From the NCBI GenBank assembly GCA_965224085.1, contig CBDCYI010000004.1, forward strand, positions 96,001 through 160,000: DNA of 64,000 nt, read 5' to 3'. Numbering within the stretch: position 1 is the stretch's first letter; every line of letters starts with the position of its first letter. Under the pieces are notes generated by a model. It had not been told where the DNA came from. It ran no database searches and worked only from the letters and a program-made list of their open reading frames with translations. The DNA is from Candidatus Marinacidobacterales bacterium. Lineage in GTDB: Bacteria; Acidobacteriota; Vicinamibacteria; Marinacidobacterales; SMYC01. Made by a program: the position numbers and the translations under genes. Of this stretch, positions 60,435 through 64,000 are shown one piece after another.

Positions 60435-60671
60435 CGTCTCTTCCTTCGGCGTCTACGATATGCCAGAAGCGGCTTGCCCTTGAGCTCGTACGCGGTGATC
60501 ACGAAGACGCTGTCCGCGTCAAGGTCCGGAACGTAGATGACCCGAAGGTAACGACCGGCTTCGGTTTGCCCGATGGCGACTCGAGAACCTCCTCGACCTC
60601 TTCTTCGACACATCGTGATCATAAATGTGAGGCCGGCCTGTGGCTGGGCCGACATAGAACCGAACCCTCAT
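60431..60671 (-). pseudogene. BrnT-like toxin, frameshifted by a short deletion
   Basis: MRVRFY..P.TG.PHIYDH.V..EEVEEVL, then RVAIGQTEAGRYLRVIYV...VFVITAY in another frame. Confidence 0.7.
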
Positions 60672-60729
60672 TTACTTCGATTGTACCTCGACCGGTCGGT
60701 GTCCCGCTGCGTAGGCGGGACTCTAAGTC

Positions 60730-60850
60730 GTCTAACGTGGCGATGAGCGGCGAGGCCGGCGCCACCAAGAATGCTTCGCCTTCCAGAGAGGCAACTTTTG
60801 GCTAGTTCTCAAACGGAGAGGGCCGCGTCCGCTCGATCGCCGTGTTACGC
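60730..60850 (-). other. integron attC recombination site
   Basis: Minus strand: GCGTAAC-ACGGC-GATCGAGC-GGAC...CC-GCTCATC-GCCAC-GTTAGAC; 8-bp L'' versus 7-bp L'; upstream ORF stop lies inside R''. Confidence 0.8.
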
Positions 60851-61086
60851 GGGCACTCTAATGAGCGAGTGCAGAAACTCCGGGGCGAAGTCGGCACCGT
60901 TTGGCCATGTCACTGTGTGCAGATCCGGATGCACCTGAAAGAACGAAACGTCTGCACATCCCGAAGGGGCTCAAAAACTGGACCAGTCAACTCGCCCCGC
61001 AAGTCGACTTCTCCTTCTACGCCGTCGGTGAAACGGAGCCACAAAACAAAGTCTCGTACATACCGTGCTTCCTCAAGTCGTACCAT
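60845..61086 (-). pseudogene. DUF2442-family protein (TA component), frameshifted
   Basis: L.LRF.DG..GEVDL...L.GPVFEPL.D...F, then TV.WPNGADFAPEFL in another frame. Confidence 0.8.
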
Positions 61087-61091
61087 AGTCG

Positions 61092-61340
61092 TTACTCCAG
61101 CGGTTCGATTGGCTCCAGAGGCTCGCTCTTGCGCGCGCGTTCCCAGTTGGACTCGAGTTCGCTCCTGTGCAACTCGTACCATTCCAAAACATGGCGAAGA
61201 GCTCGTTTCGGAAACTTCCCGGTGACAACGCCTTCTGCTATTTCCACCGTGACCTCATATTCACCGTACTTCGCGTGAAAATGCGCTGGTCCATGATCGC
61301 GATAGTAAATCGCGATGACGATCCCGAGAAAGCGATTAAA
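61092..61340 (-). pseudogene. DUF4160-family protein (TA component), start codon missing
   Basis: RFLGIVIAIYYRDHGPAHFHAKYGE..VLEW..LH..EL..NW..A...PL.PIEPLE*; not in the ORF track. Confidence 0.8.
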
Positions 61341-61417
61341 TCAACCCCCGGAAAGGGACACTGAAACTAGAATACCGCGTCCAGCGTGGATCGTGCGAGC
61401 CACACGCGGTCCTCCTC

Positions 61418-62587
61418 TCATCCCAGCTCCCCATACAGCTCGATCAGCTCGTGGACGCGCGTCGACCACGAAAATTCCCCTTCCGCGATCCGGCGGCCTT
61501 CATGGCCCCATTCGGCCAGCATCTCGCTCTCCGTGACGGCCGCGGCGATCGTGCGCGCGAGCGCGTCGACGTCGGCGGGTGGCACCAGGATCCCGGAAAC
61601 GCCATCGATGATCTTGTCGGGGATGCCGCCGACGCGCGTCGCGATGATAGGCTTGCTGTGCGCCATCGCTTCGAGCGTGACCATGGAGCTTCCTTCGTAT
61701 CGTGTCGGGTGGACGAATAGGTTCGCCCGTTTGTAGAGCGCGTGGAGTTGCTCGTCGGAGGCGGAGCCCACGAGCGATGTCTTGGGACCAATGCCTCGCT
61801 CGTTTACGACGCGCTCGATCGTCTTCCGCTCCGGACCGTCACCGACGAGGACCCACTTCCAATGCTCCGGCATCTCGTCCCGAATCTCACCGAGCGCGGT
61901 CGCCAGATCCGCAAAGCCTTTGTTCGCTTCGAGGCGGCCGACGGATAGCAGCAAGGTGTCCCGCGCGTCAAGCTCGAGCACGGACACATCGCCGTCGGAT
62001 CTTTGATCGATCTCCTCGATGTCGATGGCGTTGGGAATCACTGCGATTTTTTCCGGCTCGACGCCGAGTAGCCTCCGCACCTCCTCCTTCATCGAATGGT
62101 CCGGGGCAATCACGCGCGCCGCTCGGGAGGCCGCATAGCGGATCGCGTTTCGGAGCGGGAAGTAGGCAGCCCGCTTGAGGGCCGTCGTTTTGAACTCTTC
62201 CATCCCGTGCGGGTGGAGCACGAGCGGCGCGTGTTTTTCGACGCTGAGTCTTGCGTAGCCGAAACCCGCGCCACCGTCCGCTTGGACGATGTCGGGCTCG
62301 AAAGATCCGATGAGCTCGCGCGCGGCGCGCACGCTCCAGATCAAGTAGTTCGTGTTGCGTTCGAGCACGACGAAGCCGGGACGGCGCGGCCATGGGAGCA
62401 TACGAGACGAGGTGAACGTAAAGGTCTCGTCGCGCGGCTCCGAGAACTCTTGAACGGGCGGCGTCGTGAAAACCCGCACGTCGCAGCCAGCGCGCTCGAG
62501 GTAGCGCTTGAGCGCCGCGGTGTGCCGCTCCAGTCCACCATGGCCGTGCAACGGGTGGATGGCGCGCGTGAGAAGAGCGATCTTCAT
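61418..62587 (-). CDS. glycosyltransferase family 4
   Basis: GGLERH, VIPNAID, VGRLEANKG, VGDGPE, FVHPTRYEG...LEAMA..PIIATRVGGIPD. Confidence 0.92.
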   Translation of the reverse strand: MKIALLTRAIHPLHGHGGLERHTAALKRYLERAGCDVRVFTTPPVQEFSEPRDETFTFTSSRMLPWPRRPGFVVLERNTNYLIWSVRAARELIGSFEPDIVQADGGAGFGYARLSVEKHAPLVLHPHGMEEFKTTALKRAAYFPLRNAIRYAASRAARVIAPDHSMKEEVRRLLGVEPEKIAVIPNAIDIEEIDQRSDGDVSVLELDARDTLLLSVGRLEANKGFADLATALGEIRDEMPEHWKWVLVGDGPERKTIERVVNERGIGPKTSLVGSASDEQLHALYKRANLFVHPTRYEGSSMVTLEAMAHSKPIIATRVGGIPDKIIDGVSGILVPPADVDALARTIAAAVTESEMLAEWGHEGRRIAEGEFSWSTRVHELIELYGELG

Positions 62588-63777
62588 GGCGCACTCACGC
62601 TTCGGTAGAGAGCTTCGATGCGCGGCAGCACCGCCTTCTCCGAGAAGACGACCTCTGCGCGGGCTAAAGCACCTTGGCGAAGTCGCTCGGCGAAGGCCTC
62701 GTCGGTGAGCACGCGAGCGAGCTCTTGGCCGAGGGCTTTGACGCCCGTCCCCAAAACACCGCTCTCTCCATGCACCACGAGCTCGGCGCTGCCGCCCGTG
62801 GGCTCGACCACGAGCACCGCGCCGACGGCGAGGCCGTCGAGGAGCACGCGCGAGAGTGGCTCTTGCCATCGCGATGGGAAGAGCACGGCGTCCGCGTGCT
62901 GCATCAACGCGCGGGTTCGCTCTTCGTCGACCCAGCCGAGCCAGGTGACGGTTCGGCCGATCCGCTCCGCTTCGCGCCGAAGCTCAGCCGTCATGCTCCC
63001 GGAGCCTGCGACCACGAGCGGTATCTCGGTCTTGGCCGCTTCGAGGACCGGGAGCAAGCGATCGGGTGCTTTGTTCGGCTCGAGCTTCCCGACGAAAAGG
63101 AGATAGCGATCGGGCAGGTCGCTTGGTTTCTCGAACGACGTGTCGAGCTCGCTCGAGAAATTGGGGATGACCTCGACCTCGGCCCCGGCCTTCTCAATGC
63201 CCGGCAGAGACCGCGCCACATGGCGGCTCACGGCCACGACCGCTCCCGCTTCCGCAAGAAGCGTTGCGCGCCTTTGAAGCTCGGCGCCAATGAAGGGCGG
63301 AACGAGCGGTGTGAGCGGCCACATCCACGGCCGCCGGCGGCCCGCGCAAACGACGCGGCGTGCGTAACTGCATCCCGGGCATGCGTTTGTGCCCGAGAGC
63401 ATCGTCGACCAGATACAGCTCGGCCAGTAGTCGCGCACCGTCACGACCATTGGGAGGCGTGGGGCCGCGAGGCGTGTCGCGATGGCAGACAGCCAGTGCT
63501 GCGCGTGGACGAGGTCCCACGCCTCTTCACCGAGCTCGCGCTCGAGTCCATGGGCATAGGCCGTCTCGCGAGCGCGGCTTCCCATGCGCGCGGCGGGGAT
63601 CGCGACTTCGGAAACCGCAACACCGTCCCATTCCGTCTGGTCGTTGGTCTCACGCCGCGCCACGACGACCCGCACACGATGCCCCCGCCCGGCGAGCGCG
63701 CTAGCGAGCGTCGCCGTCGATCGGCCGCTACCTCCTCCGCCAGGTGGAAACACATCCGTCGTGAGCAAGACGTTCAT
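62584..63777 (-). CDS. glycosyltransferase family 4
   Basis: FPPGGGGS, DLVHAQH, AVSRHV, FVGKLEPNK, FPSRWQEPLSRVL. Confidence 0.9.
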   Translation of the reverse strand: MNVLLTTDVFPPGGGGSGRSTATLASALAGRGHRVRVVVARRETNDQTEWDGVAVSEVAIPAARMGSRARETAYAHGLERELGEEAWDLVHAQHWLSAIATRLAAPRLPMVVTVRDYWPSCIWSTMLSGTNACPGCSYARRVVCAGRRRPWMWPLTPLVPPFIGAELQRRATLLAEAGAVVAVSRHVARSLPGIEKAGAEVEVIPNFSSELDTSFEKPSDLPDRYLLFVGKLEPNKAPDRLLPVLEAAKTEIPLVVAGSGSMTAELRREAERIGRTVTWLGWVDEERTRALMQHADAVLFPSRWQEPLSRVLLDGLAVGAVLVVEPTGGSAELVVHGESGVLGTGVKALGQELARVLTDEAFAERLRQGALARAEVVFSEKAVLPRIEALYRSVSAP

Positions 63778-64000
63778 CGCTTCCCTATCATCTCTTTCAG
63801 GATACGATCCAGGGCTTCGCAATGCAGTTGCCAACTGAACTGCGCCACGACGCGCTCGCGCCCGGCGCGGCCCATGGCCTGGGCCCGGTCGCGGTCTTCG
63901 AGAAGCGACCCGATCGCTCGCGCCATCGCATTGACATCGCCCTCTTCGAGCAAAAGACCTTCCTGTTCCGGACGGATGATGGCGCGCAGGGGCGGCACAT
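63774..64000 (-). CDS. glycosyltransferase family 4, C-terminal part (runs off the window)
   Basis: GLL...GDV.AMA.AI..LL.D......MGRAGRERV...FSW. Confidence 0.8.
   Translation of the reverse strand, partial: VPPLRAIIRPEQEGLLLEEGDVNAMARAIGSLLEDRDRAQAMGRAGRERVVAQFSWQLHCEALDRILKEMIGKR

Overview
GC-rich bacterial chromosomal window. The gene repertoire (DUF1592/DUF1552/ankyrin module, PQQ-like propellers, BNR hydrolase, kinase remnant ending WFQELKRLVP) suggests Acidobacteriota, probably Vicinamibacteria; this is inference only. Intact genes include clpB, tryptophan 2,3-dioxygenase, a cobalt-type nitrile hydratase operon, an isoaspartyl peptidase, an ExeA-like ATPase, glycosyltransferases and three tRNAs (Met-CAT, Arg-ACG, Glu-CTC). 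The region is heavily eroded: IS200, IS5, IS110 and IS1595 remnants, a truncated dnaK, and many genes with internal deletions or frameshifts. Some single-base frameshifts may be sequencing errors. Best candidates for new biology: (1) a sigma54-driven three-hairpin small RNA at about 107-226; (2) an ArsM-like methyltransferase with an in-frame UGA and SECIS-like hairpin (probable selenoprotein) between pieces of an apparently inverted PLP lyase gene; (3) a nitrile hydratase alpha subunit with a twin-arginine signal peptide, implying an exported enzyme; (4) an attC-delimited pair of toxin-antitoxin cassettes with no integrase in view; (5) a 165-bp CTAG-bounded palindromic element; (6) a 950-aa orphan protein. 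All family calls come from motif recognition by eye; no searches were run.
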